A stretch of DNA of 64,000 nt, taken from assembly GCA_964016885.1 (NCBI GenBank), contig OZ024742.1, forward strand, positions 127,348,001 to 127,412,000, read 5' to 3'. Below the pieces are notes generated by a model that did not search any database, was not told where the DNA came from, and saw nothing but the letters and a program-made list of their open reading frames with translations. The stretch comes from Eledone cirrhosa. Its lineage: Eukaryota. Each line of letters begins with the position of its first letter. Position 1 is the first letter of the stretch. Below are positions 13,223 through 27,198 of the stretch, piece by piece. A program made the position numbers and the translations under genes.

Positions 13223-15564
13223 ATGTAATACAGCTGTGACTGACGCTACCGCCTTGGTCCCATGGATGGAGACCATGAGAAACGCAGGAGAGGCAGTGGA
13301 AGGCAAAGGGTGTAGATAGTCGTTATAAGGCAAGGTTGGTAAGGGAGAAAGGTGGTAAAGATAAAAAATTATTACTTGCTCATAAAACTATAGTCACCTA
13401 GTTACACTATACTTAATTAAAATAAAATAAAATATAATGAATTAGCTGATAGGTGGCAGTAGGCCGACAAGTTTGGAAAACTCTGATGTATGGTGTACCC
13501 GGGCTGCATTATCTAATGAGCCCTTCCATTTTGAAAACGATAGGACATGATTTAGGAAAGATTTTGTTGCTATTTCTAACAGGTCGAGGTAGACCCTACT
13601 TTGTGAAATAGTTGCATCTGCCATTCAATTAAAAGAAATGGATTATTTAACTCTTATCTGGTATGTGAATTTAACTGGCCATAATTCTGTCATACAGATA
13701 GATGATCAGTAGAATTGATTAAAACAAAACTACACACATCAGACAAAAAACAAATTAATAAAAGCAATATTGAACTTCTGAGTTACTAAGTTGTGGAAAA
13801 CGTTGCTTAGATAATAGCTAAGGTAAAAGAAAAAATACGATGTTAATTCTAGTTTAGGTGTCCACTGTTTTACAAGTAATATGACAGTATATAGTAGTAT
13901 ATTAGTAATAACTGAGAAATAGAGCGTTTATACAAATGATGAGCCAAATGAGGGGAAAAAATGGCAATTTTAGTAGAATTTCTACTTTTGGATAATATTT
14001 TATACACCCCTTCCCTGATTAAATAGATTCTAAGTTTGATTAACTGACTAATTACAATTTCAGAATCAACGAGCAGAAAGAAACAAAGTTAATCATTAAT
14101 TGGCAGAGAAATTGCTTGCTTCGAACTAGACGTAAACTACTTAAATCAATAAGTGATGGATGGCAGATGGGAATGACAATATTACAGATGTGACAAGTTT
14201 AACAGGTTGTCATGTATTTAAAAACAACATTTTTTACATGACACGTAGATTTTGTTTTTGTATCGCAGTATATTTTATATTGTAATTCAAGAGATTGAGG
14301 TGGATGTTCCCTGAATATAAAAAAAAAATAGGTTTATACTCAGAAGCTTAAACTAAGTTGAGTGTCTCGTGAGAAAAACGAAAAGAGGGTGACACTGGGG
14401 AAAAAATGTACAGGATTTTTTTTCAAAAAGAAAAGGCTGCTTTATTTTCTTTATATGTAGGTCATAATCTATCACATTTCCTATTCTTAAATAAGAAACA
14501 AGTAATAAAGTATTTTAGTTAAATGTGCACGATATATAATCGATTCTATTTAAACTTTCTTCCGTCTAATAACTGCTAAAGTTTTTCTCTTGCAAAATAA
14601 ATATGAAATGATAAAAACAAAATATATAACGTATTTGTGAGTGTAAATAACAGTAGAAATGTATTTACTGCGACTTCGTTATCCCTTGTTTTTTTATGCT
14701 TTATTTTTCTCAAGAGAATTTTAAGAAGTCAAACCTCCTGAAAATCCCAATCTATCTTCGCAAGAAAGTTTGTGTATATCTTGGTAATACATATTTCTAT
14801 CTTACAACTCTTAGGGGTCGATTTTGATTTTTGTTCTTCTAGAAATAAATGTCAGTAATTATACAATATCTACATCACGCACACCTTCCCTTTGTTAAAA
14901 TAATATCATTGTATTTTTCCCCAGTTATTATGTTTGAATCTAATAAATAGGAACATTATCCTCGGCCTTTCCAGGAAAAAAATGAAGACAACTAGACGAG
15001 GTTAGTGTGGTAAACGCTCGTCAAACATTTTCAATTAATAATCCAAGTAGAATAATAATTAAAAAAAGGAATATGCTTAGAAAAGGTATATATTCAGATA
15101 TATAAGGATCAACCTTTTGATTATACAGAATATAATTAACGTGTTTTAGTTGATTATAGTCAGGATTATAAAACACGTGGATCTGAATTCACAAGATATA
15201 TTTCTTGAAACTGCAAATATAAAATTCAAAAACAGGAAAAATATTTTTCTTTTCAAAAAAGAAAAAGCCGCCCGAAAGTTGTTTCTATGAAAGCAACTTT
15301 AGAAGTTAACAACAAACATTACAACTAAAACAATTTTAACTACAGAGGTAAGTAAATTATGTAAACAAAACAAAAAAAGGGGGGTGGGGTGGAAAACTGG
15401 TTTTATAATAGAAAAATATTTAGCTTTGGGTATATAAAATGGCAGACAATAAAATAAAACTATGAAACGCAGCCTTAAACAATTTTTTTTTTCTTTACTG
15501 GTTACTGATATCCACTGCCTCACTTTGTTGATCAAATTTATTGGTGGTCGGTAATTGACTAGTG

Positions 15565-16222
15565 GGCGTTCCTTACTTTTAGCGGTGTCAGGAATGAAAG
15601 TAAATTTATTTTCATTTTCGAACGTTGTGTTTACATTTTGTGTGTGTTTAAACGAAACATGCTGGCGACGAAGCTTCTTCTTTGCACGGCTCCATGTGTT
15701 CTCTATGAGCTGTGTGTGCACATCAGGGTCCGCAGCATCTACAAAGTTCCGTTCGTGCACCACAACATCATGAATGTAAATCCCACCTTCAATTTCCGAA
15801 TAGGAAGCCCAACCATCTTGTAATGAGGCTTGCAGAATGGTGAGTCCATCATTGTCGAGATAGAAGAATCCAAATACTTCCATAGAAAGTATCATCGTGG
15901 CCTGTGGAGACAAGGCCACTGGGTCTTCGGCGCTGTTGAACGTCATTCTGGACGCTGCTGCCTTGTAGAAGTCCCAAATCGAAGCCGTGACACTCTCGTC
16001 CCCATCATTCAGCAGTTGATTTTGCCAGGCAGCCGCATCATCTCCGATGGTTGGGATTCCTATTCGGAAATTGAGGAAATTGAAGGTGGGATTTACGTTC
16101 ATGATGCTGTGGTGCACGAACGGAACTTTGTAGATCCTGCGGACCCTGATGTGCACACACGACGTTCGAAAATGAAAATAAATTTACTTTCATTCTTGAC
16201 ACCGCTAAAAGTAAGGAACGCC
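15565..16222 (+). mobile_element. Merlin (IS1016/IS1595-like) DNA transposon derivative with internal foldback
   Basis: ~65-bp TIRs ggcgttccttacttttagcggtgtca..., 8-bp TSD tgactagt (15556-15563, 16223-16230; one extra G on the left); ORF 15830-16225 VEIEESKYFHRKYHRG..WVFGAVER..IISDGW..H..NFVDP..VHT resembles DDE_Tnp_IS1595. Confidence 0.85.
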
Positions 16223-16829
16223 TGACTAGTCTGTGGTGAAGGAACGGGTTAGTATAAAAAAAATACTTTCACTAATAAGTCATGCGGAAACATTTTTTTC
16301 AATCTTTCAGTTTATTGAATAATAAAAATCAAACCACGAAGATTAAAGAAAAAATGCATGTTATCTTGCTGTTTACACTTTATATACCTTGGTTGAAAAA
16401 CTCCGAAGAATCCGAGGAAACTGGTGAAGGTGTGAATTAGTAAAAAGGATAAAATCTAAAGAGATTTTGAATGTATTAAGTTTGTTTTGAGATACATTTC
16501 ACTTCTCACAGCAAACAAACTTATTGATACTACAATCTTTGAAAATAAAATTTCCAGATGTAAGTGCTGAAGAATATATTGATTGTGATAAAACTATAAT
16601 ATGGGTTATATATTAGTGGTATAGAGTTCTTCCAACAAAAGTTAGTTTCAAGCGGTTTTTTCGTATCATATATGGACAGTTGTATTGATAATTGGCAAAT
16701 AAAGGAAGCAAATTTTTAAATATAATGTACTCGCAAAGAGAACATAATTAGCACACTACATAAATGAAGATAAATATACAGATTCCTTCAGAACGAATTG
16801 TAAAGTTTAAAATATTAATTAGTGTTAGA

Positions 16830-17654
16830 TTAGAAGTACATGAGATCGATAAGAAAAACAGCTCCGACCAGTACTGCTTTCAATTTTACATCTAAATTCA
16901 TAGGAAATGACACGCTAAAATTATCTGCGCACGAAAACATCTCAGTGGCCAAACCAGTGAATTGTTTACAGATCATTGCTATATGTTCAGATTCATCAGG
17001 ACTATAAACGTTAAACTTTTGATCTTTTTTATAGCAAGAGCCATCAAAGACACATGTGGGTCCTTTGACTCGAAAAATAATAATGTCTTCTGGTGAGGTT
17101 ATGACGAAATTAGGCTGTAAGAAACTAGCGATTTGTTTTATTTTACCAATTACATGACCGACAGGAGCTTCCACCACTACTTCTAAAGCGCAGGGTTTAA
17201 TGGAGGCGCACCAACAACATCCAATGCTGCACTTGAAGTCTCTAGTTATCCTAATAACTTCCTTTGATGTGTTATCGGTAATATGTATTATGAAACCCCG
17301 TGCATCAGTACAGAATTGACGCAGAAATGAACTAGATTCTTCGTTAGCATGATACATTTGTTCACCAAGTGAATTGACAATAACGTATTTATTGGCACAT
17401 TCAATACCAGTTACAACTTCTAGGATTTGCATTTGCTGCTTCACGAAAATTGTGTCAATCGTGGTCAGGTATTCTAAGCCAAGTATATAACTTGGTCCTG
17501 CTGGAGGTTTGTTCATCCAACGTATAAACGTTTGAAAACTTGACTTCTGTTTTGATTTTTTGGGTTGTTGTTGTTCTATTGACGTATTGGAAGTCATTTT
17601 CTGTGTCACAGGGGCAGGGGGAGGTTGCGCAGGAGTTTTCATAGGGGTAGGCAT
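16830..17654 (-). CDS. PLSCR: Phospholipid scramblase (PLSCR family), single exon, ~274 aa
   Basis: Pro-rich N-terminus, GLEYL..ID..F.KQ..EVVTG.E..NKY.I.NSLGEQ, Cys-rich palmitoylation motif CSIGCCWC, C-terminal ADNFSVSFPMNLDVKLKAVLVGAVFLIDLMYF; first ATG at 17654 (the ORF track starts at a TTG). Confidence 0.93.
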   Translation of the reverse strand: MPTPMKTPAQPPPAPVTQKMTSNTSIEQQQPKKSKQKSSFQTFIRWMNKPPAGPSYILGLEYLTTIDTIFVKQQMQILEVVTGIECANKYVIVNSLGEQMYHANEESSSFLRQFCTDARGFIIHITDNTSKEVIRITRDFKCSIGCCWCASIKPCALEVVVEAPVGHVIGKIKQIASFLQPNFVITSPEDIIIFRVKGPTCVFDGSCYKKDQKFNVYSPDESEHIAMICKQFTGLATEMFSCADNFSVSFPMNLDVKLKAVLVGAVFLIDLMYF

Positions 17655-18004
17655 TTTGTATAACGCAGGATTTTCTCCGAGGATTGTGTTCAAGTAAGAA
17701 CTTGATAACAATTAATAACCGTGTATCAAAACCTGAATCAAGTAAGTGACAACTACTACAGTATGTAACTGAAGTAACCAGTAATATGTAAATAAATAGT
17801 GATTTACTTCCAGAATGAACTTTGTCCAGAGTTGTTGATCAAAAGTGTTGATCAAAAACTGACCAACTAGGTTACAAATACAGCATGCTTTAGTTCCCAG
17901 TTGCGCACGAGGCGGCAACTACATGAAATATTTATGTTGAAATAAATACGCAGCACACACTAATGGGAATATAGAACGAAAAAAGTCACATTTAATTACA
18001 ACTA

Positions 18005-18590
18005 TCATCATCATCATCGTTTAACGTCCATCTTCTACGCTAGCATGGGTTAGACGGTTTTATTCCATTTACTGCGGGAATGGTCGGGAGACCGTGTCTC
18101 GCTCGCACGGAAGTGTCTCTGGCAGGTTTTTTACAGCTGGATGCCCTTCCTAACACCAACCACATTTACAGTGTGGACTGGGAGCCTTTTTACTATCCTA
18201 CCTTTCCCGTTCCGTCCACTGTGTCGATGACACAACAGTCCACAGAGTAAGGTGGTCATGTAGGAGGCACAGTAAAAGGCTCCCAGTCCACATTGTAAAT
18301 ACGTATATATACATACACGCGCGCGCGCGCATATATACACACACAAATTGTACCCGCCCTCATAGCTGTGCCACCCAGTTAAAGGCTCCCTAACTATGGT
18401 ACCACTGTGAGAAGGGTTTGTCACAGCCAACTGGCTTGTCCCTCCTCATAGTGTAGCCATCCAGGTCCACACTGTAAACGTGGTTGGTGTTAGGAAAGGC
18501 ATCCAGCTGTAAAAACCCCAGCCAAATTCACAGTCCCAGCGAAAAACACGTCTGACCCATGCAAGCATAGACATTAAATGGTGATGATAT
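18005..18590. mobile_element. Two oppositely oriented RTE 3'-UTR-derived repeats
   Basis: (cat)n-gtttaacgtcc...cagctggatgcccttcc at 18005-18300 (-) and its reverse complement at ~18465-18590 (+); a near-inverted copy lies at 20270-20543. Confidence 0.7.
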
Positions 18591-18614
18591 ATATATAACC
18601 ATCAACAAAAAATC

Positions 18615-18955
18615 ATGTTGACCAAACTTGACATAGATACTTCCATGAAGAATGTCTCAATTCCACCAAAAAGACTATACCTAAAACACTAATCAAGCAG
18701 ACACATGAGTTCATCAGAAAATCAGATAGAGAGCCTTCTTCTTTGGCCAACCTGATGTAGCATCTACCAATGATGAATAATCCTCACCCCTCACTCCTCC
18801 CCATCACCCTCCAATCTACAACTTGATATCTTCTCCTTAAAATAAGTCCCCTCCCCCCAACCACTAAGAAACCTATAAATATCAATGACTTACTATGTCA
18901 CCCAACATTCCTATTGATTTCATAGGAATGAAACAGTTATAGTCTCGTAGAAGCC
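18615..18955 (+). mobile_element. Penelope-like element remnant (ORF N-terminus plus partial hammerhead)
   Basis: Translates as MLTKLDIDTSMKNVSIPPKRLYLK/LIKQTHEFIRK/RAFFF with frameshifts, like PLE N-termini (SMKNIPIP..YLK.LI..F..R.RWKAFFF, recognised from memory); hairpin attcctat/ataggaat-GAAA-cagttatag-TC downstream. Confidence 0.5.
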
Positions 18956-19011
18956 ATCTCTATATTAAATATGATATATCTATATGTATGTGTGTATATG
19001 TATATACATAT

Positions 19012-19044
<33 letters not shown>

Positions 19045-19591
19045 CACGCCAGGTCGCTCTTCAGCATAACTGGTAACATTTAACCCAGTATAACCTATGC
19101 ATGGTCAGCTCGTCAGCAACCCCACCAAGCTTACTTGATGAGGAGGGTGATTTTAGACACCCGGCAGGATAAAAAACAAAACCTGTCAAAGGGCGTAGGA
19201 ACTCAAGAGAGTCAATGGCTATCCAATAACTTTTTTTTTTTTGTGGAGTGAGTGACTCCTAGTCTTCATTCAGACAAGTCTCTAGGAGAAGGCCACTCTG
19301 ATATAAAACCTATGACTTCGTTTGCATCCAGTGGTGTAAACGAGTTCTTTTTGGGCAAATGCATTCGATGTTCACAGAGCGGGATGGGCCACATGCAAAA
19401 TCTCTCCACACTTAAAAAAAGATTCAAGCACAAGCACAAGCATAGCTTGATATGTGACATTTTTGCGATGCATAGTATTACTGGCCATTGGCAAATCCCT
19501 AGCAGGACTAAAAAGCTACGTCCGTGATGCTCATGCTTAAGTATCAAGTGATGGCATTACTCGAAATTGAGGTGCAGCCATCATCATATAG

Positions 19592-19646
<55 letters not shown>

Positions 19647-19779
19647 CACATATTTGGTCAACATGGTTCCTTCATAATGGTTATATATATATATATATAT
19701 GTGTGTGTTTCCGTAAGAAAGGTAAAGGAAAGGAGAGTGCTCTATGTAGGCTACAGAGCTATTTAGTTATGTAATAAAA

Positions 19780-19852
19780 TTTCATTCTGACGAACGATTT
19801 CAGACATCTGTATCAAGCTCGTCTGTTTTCGTGAAACCTTTGGTAAATGGAA
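19780..19852 (+). ncRNA. Type I hammerhead ribozyme
   Basis: tttcatt-CTGACGA-acga..cagac/gtctg..tcgt-GAAA-cctttgg-TA-aatggaa: 7-bp stem I, stem II, stem III ACC/GGT, GUA site. Confidence 0.75.
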
Positions 19853-19947
19853 TAATTGTCTTATGTTGTTTATTACATAACTATATATATATATAAATAA
19901 GAAGTGTAAGTCAACAGGGTAAAATTGGTTTTGTTTATTCACATTCG

Positions 19948-20004
19948 CTGTTATATATATTTCAGTGATAGCCATTATTCAACAGCTATGACCTCATCAG
20001 GCAG
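19948..20004 (-). ncRNA. Type I hammerhead ribozyme (minimal, PLE-type)
   Basis: - strand: ctgc-CTGATGA-ggtcatagctgtt gaat aatggctatcact-GAAA-tatata-TA-acag; 13-position stem II with one mismatch, weak stem I. Confidence 0.6.
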
Positions 20005-20269
20005 TAAGAATTTAAACAGAAAAAACAGGAAAACATGATGTTGTAATGGATTTTACCGTGTTAATTCGTTGATATGTCCAGCTCGTGGGTGTGTTGTTAG
20101 TCCTCTAAGGAACTGGAAGCATATGTTTCCAGTTTTTTCTGTTTGACTTACACCTCTCTAAGACAATGTCACTGGATCGAGATCTTTGGCGCCATGCAGT
20201 TGTACAGAAGACCTGCCTTCTCTTGCATACAAACCTACAGTCAGTAGGCACCTCTTAACCCAATATACA

Positions 20270-20543
20270 CCCAACTCCATCCTCCCATTTCCATTCCGTC
20301 CACTGTGTCGATGATCCAGCAGTCCACACTGTAAGGTGGTCATGTAGGAAACACGGTAAAAAGGCTCCCAGTCCACACCGAAAATGTGGTTGGTGTTAAG
20401 AAGAGCATCCAGCTGTAAAAAACCTGCCAGAGACACTTCCGTACGAGCGAGACACGGTCACCCGACCATTCCCGCATCGAATGGAACAAGACTGTCTAAC
20501 CCATGCTAACGTGGAAGATGGACATTAAACGATGATGATGATA
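20270..20543 (+). mobile_element. RTE 3'-UTR-derived repeat with (GAT)n tail
   Basis: Largely the reverse complement of 18005-18190 and shares 18195-18295. Confidence 0.7.
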
Positions 20544-21324
20544 TATATATCTACCATATAAATGGCAATTTGGCGTCTAAACCAGTGATCCAATCCTGAT
20601 GAAACTACACACGTTAAGCTAATACTCAGGAACAGGACTGGCTAATTGGATTTCAATCAATAATCAATAATGGAGCCCCTGGGGACATTAAACGCTCCCT
20701 CCACTACTCCCCTTCCTCCTCCCACAACTCAGTCCTCCAAAACAAGGCAACAATTTATTTGTTTTTTTCTTCATTCTGTAGAGAAAGAGAGAGGAGATAA
20801 GAGAGAAAGAGAGGGGATGAGATAGAGAAAGTGAGAGAGGGGGATTAGGGAAGAGAGAGAAAGAAAACAAAAATGATAGCATAGTTCGATAACTAACTTT
20901 TATTTATTTATTTTTTAAACGCTTTCTTAATGTTACTTCTCTTTCTCTCTCTCTTTCACAAAAGTTGTAATGAGACTGTATGTGTCTCGGCGTTCTTAAA
21001 TTAGAGACAACTGTGTGTGTGTTTTTATCACCATACTTAAGTTAGAGACATATATATATCACAGTCTACTGTCTCATGTATGTATATATATATGAAGCAA
21101 AAAGGAAAGGATGTATGTGACACCTCGATCTACTAGAAATATCAGCAAAATCCATTTCAAATCACAGCGAAGTCTTACACACACATGCATGTGTGTGTAT
21201 GTATGTCATGGAAGCTACTATAACTGTTGGTGTACCTAAAAGAAATAGAAAACAAATCTCCCTCAAACACGATCCTACTGCCATAGAGGTAAAAGTTGGT
21301 GAAAGCTACAGTGTAAACATTTTA

Positions 21325-21565
21325 ATTAACACAGGCTCTGCCGCACTTTGGGCCAACGAGCGTAAACTCTTCAAATATCAGTCGCTCTCCAACAGGCTTG
21401 TTGTTGAGCCCATAGCAATGGAGACCCCTGGTGTCCTTGGCTCTAGGGCTACCTCCCAACTCACCACCATCGGCACAGAGTTGGCTATCCACAGGGGTGA
21501 GCCTCGCAAGCCGGAATGGATTTTCCAGCGCGTCTCCCTCACCATCCTCTATTCCAACCGCCTGG
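21325..21565 (+). mobile_element. CRE-like non-LTR retrotransposon C-terminal (restriction-like endonuclease) fragment
   Basis: AALWANERKLFKYQSL...EPIAMETPGVLG...IG...FQRVSLTILYSN resembles the RLE C-terminus (RK..KY..L..F.P.A.ET.G..G..QR.S.AI..GN). Confidence 0.6.
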
Positions 21566-22028
21566 GCTGCTGGGTGGCCAGCGCGTGGGCCCCATTTGCT
21601 CATAATAGTGAGTGATGGGCAGATCAGGAGAGATGGAGGCTGTGACAGTTGGAGTTTGGTTCCTGGTGTATATGTATATATTTACCACACTTATACACAT
21701 TAAAATAAAATTTTCTGAATTACAGAAATGAGTAAATTCTTCATTCATAAATCAATGGTAAATTTATTTTTTTATTTTATTTTATTTATGCTTTTTAAAA
21801 TAGCCTTCACATTTTATTTTGATTCTCAGGGGTTCTGATTGGGCAAATAAAAAAGGATAAATAAAATCTAAATTTATTTTTTGGTCATGCCCTTTTCACT
21901 GACAACATACCTAATGATTCTTCCAAGTGCAAAGCATTATATATGCTGGCTGTAATAGGGAGCAGTATTAAAAAAAATCACCACTGGACAAAACTAATAA
22001 TATTTTTATCTACATGATTTGTTTTTAA

Positions 22029-22106
22029 CCCTTTAGCATTCACATTACTCTATATATACTATTATATTTTCATGGTAAAGGCTTTACCTTACATAATTAT
22101 CTCACA
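22029..22106 (+). mobile_element. piggyBac-type MITE, left part, interrupted by a Helitron
   Basis: TTAA-CCCTTTAGCATT..; collinear with 62017-62096 up to ctcacA, where CTAG of the Helitron begins. Confidence 0.65.
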
Positions 22107-22998
22107 CTAGCAGTGGTACCTGGCGTTGCACGGGATAAGGTATTTTGGAATGTGGGCCGCCAACAGACCTAATCGTGGAAAAACTGCATGGGTGGACAAT
22201 ATGTAAAGAAAATAAACCGAATACTCTGATGGCTAAATAATCTTTAAGATTTTCCTCGATGAAGCAAGAAAATGCAGGTTTTAATCTAATATGGGCCCTA
22301 GGGGATCAAGAATATGAATTTTTTTATGTGCATAATATGCCTTGAAATTTCGGGAAAATCGGCTAGACGTGAGGCCTCAAAAAAGCCCTAAAAAGCTGAA
22401 AAAATGAAGTTTTTCACCTAATGCGGGCCCTAGGCCATAAAACAGTTGGATTTTCTTTGCTCACGCTATGAAGAAGAGACTGAGTAATACATAGTTACAA
22501 TTTCAAGGAAATCAGTCTGACGTAACGACTCAAAAAACCCCTAAAAACCTTGAAAAACGCAGTTTTTCAACTAATGCGGGTCCTACGGGAACTAAAAGTT
22601 GAATTTTTTTATGTGCATAACACTCCCTGAAACATAAGTAATACACATGTAAAGTTTGAAAAAAGTCGGTTGGGTTCTTCTCGAGTTTTAGGGATTCAAG
22701 CTCATAGGCACACACACACACACACACAGACAGACATCCTCAGGGAAGTGACGTAATGCAGACAGTCAGACATACAGACAGATATTATAATGGCGCGACG
22801 TTATATGTATGTATCTATTTAAAAAGAGAAAGACTAAGAATTATAGAGAGAAATCGCTAAATCGCCTAATGCGGTCCCTAGGGCATTTAAAATTTGAAAT
22901 CTTTTTTGCTCAGAACACTCCTTGAAACAAGTATTACATGTGTAAAGTTTGAAAACAATCGGTTGGGTGGTTCTCGAGTTTTAGGGAAACAGACAGAC
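22107..22998 (-). mobile_element. Non-autonomous Helitron
   Basis: CTAG 3' end with hairpin cctggcgttgcacggg, inserted at an A|T of the MITE; internal degenerate repeats (ctaatgcgggccctagg) and (gaca)n; other end uncertain. Confidence 0.7.
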
Positions 22999-22999
22999 A

Positions 23000-23529
23000 T
23001 TCTCTGCACACAATGCCCAGGTCTCACTGACATGTAACATTGCTGTTCGTATGCAGGCATCATACAGCCTGCCTTTCATTTTTAGAGAGAAACCTTTAGC
23101 GGCCAATAGTGGTATAAGCTCTCTGAACTTTTTCCATCCAGTTCTGACTCTGGCTACTGTACTTTCAGAGCATCCTCCACCACTGCTGATTTTGTCACCC
23201 AGGTAACGGAAGGTGTCCTCTATTTCTATAGAACCATCTGGGCAATGGAATGTGCTAGTATCCTGTGGGCACTTGCTACTTATTGCACCTGAGCACCGAC
23301 CACATATAAAATCTAGATTCTTAGTTTGCTTACCTGTGATCCCACTACATCTTTTATGCACCCATACTTTGTATTTGAGACATAAAATTGAGTTTCTGCT
23401 TACTCCTTTCCTACACATTGAGAATGGCCATTTCCCAGAGGGGATCAGTGCCCTATTTTCCTTCCTACAAACTAGAACTTTAGTCTTAGACAGGTTAATT
23501 TTAAGGCCTTTTGATTCTAGGCCATGCTT

Positions 23530-23533
<4 letters not shown>
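23000..23533 (-). mobile_element. RTE-clade LINE internal fragment
   Basis: [18 protein letters not shown]...FRYLG...MLHVSETW. Confidence 0.9.
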
Positions 23534-25668
<2,135 letters not shown>

Positions 25669-25669
25669 T

Positions 25670-26430
25670 ATGAGAGTATTGAAAGGAACACACTAAAACC
25701 AGGGCCTCGTCTTTCCAGAAACACATAGACAAATGCGGAAGCAAAGACGGAAGGCCCATTGTCACAATTCTAGCGACTGAAAGAAACGTCGGCACGTTAC
25801 GTATCAAGGAAGCACTTTTTATCAAACGCCTGCAACCGCAATTAAACAATCGATCCGAGAGAAACGAAATGAGGTGGTTGGTTTAAGTTAACAAACGATG
25901 CAGCAACACACGCACACACACACACAAGCGAGACAACTACACACGCACACACACACACACACACAGTAACATTTAACAAACAGGCAGAGAACGGACTGAC
26001 AGCTAGCGCCACTCCACTGCCACAATTGAAAGAACTACTTCGGCCGCTGACCTCTGCCCGACCGACCCCATTTCACGCGCACGCGCGCTCTGCTGAATAC
26101 CGCGGGTATTCAAAACAACAAACAGCGGAGGACGCGTTTCGCACCTTTCCAACAGACCACCTTTCCCCCACCCTGGAAAAAACTCCCAGTTGATGGATGT
26201 GAATCCGAAATATATAGGGACGATTAAATCTGTCCCAAGGTAACTCTCTCTCGTGTTGTTATTTTTATTTTATCCTTTATTCTCTTTCCTTCATCCCTCT
26301 ACACGTCTTATACACACCACGCATCTCAACGTACACCCACTTACATCTCTCTCTCCACCACCGGATCTTGTTACCCGGAGATTTACCCATTTGCATTGTC
26401 GAGGCTTCCAAACGACTTAAAGATATTTAC
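25670..26430 (+). mobile_element. Penelope-like element 3' fragment (GIY-YIG endonuclease C-terminus plus pseudo-LTR)
   Basis: 25683-25886 translates KEHTKTRASSFQKHIDKC...TILATERNVGTLRIKEALFIKRLQPQLN..*, typical of the PLE GIY-YIG end (EH..H..IL..E..I.E...I....P.LN); degenerate hammerhead at 26184-26220. Confidence 0.8.
26184..26220 (+). ncRNA. Degenerate minimal hammerhead motif in PLE pseudo-LTR
   Basis: tcc-CAGTTGA-t-ggat gtga atcc-GAAA-tata-TA-ggga; the core has two mismatches to CTGATGA. Confidence 0.45.
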
Positions 26431-26431
26431 C

Positions 26432-26462
<31 letters not shown>

Positions 26463-26574
26463 ATACATATACATATATATATATACATATATATACATAT
26501 ACATATACATATATATATACATATATATACATATACATATATATACTTATATATATACATATATATACATATAC

Positions 26575-26622
<48 letters not shown>

Positions 26623-26686
26623 ACATATATATATATATACATATACATATATATACATATATATATATACATATACATATATATAC

Positions 26687-26774
<88 letters not shown>

Positions 26775-26864
26775 ATATATACATATACATATATATATAT
26801 ATACATATACATATATATATATACATATACATATATACATATACATATATACATATACATATAC

Positions 26865-26896
<32 letters not shown>

Positions 26897-26925
26897 ATAT
26901 ACATATATATATATATACATATATG

Positions 26926-26975
<50 letters not shown>

Positions 26976-27070
26976 CATATACATATATATACATATACAT
27001 ATATATACATATATACATATACATATATATATATACATATACATATACATATATATGTATATACATATAC

Positions 27071-27104
<34 letters not shown>

Positions 27105-27198
27105 ATATACATATACATATACATATATATACATATACATGTATATACATATACATATATATATACAGTGACATATATATATATATATATATATACAT
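26432..27198. repeat. Compound (TA)n microsatellite
   Basis: Direct inspection. Confidence 0.98.

Noticed and set aside
10200-15250. Possible host exons or UTR in AT-rich DNA
   Set aside because: No recognisable coding motif or convincing splice pattern without transcript data
15299-16156. 285-aa ORF on the - strand
   Set aside because: Chimera of antisense transposase, the inverted transposase piece and flanking DNA created by the foldback
17655-17918. Scramblase N-terminal extension and upstream 68-aa ORF
   Set aside because: Non-ATG starts and no recognisable homology; an upstream exon cannot be excluded but is not supported
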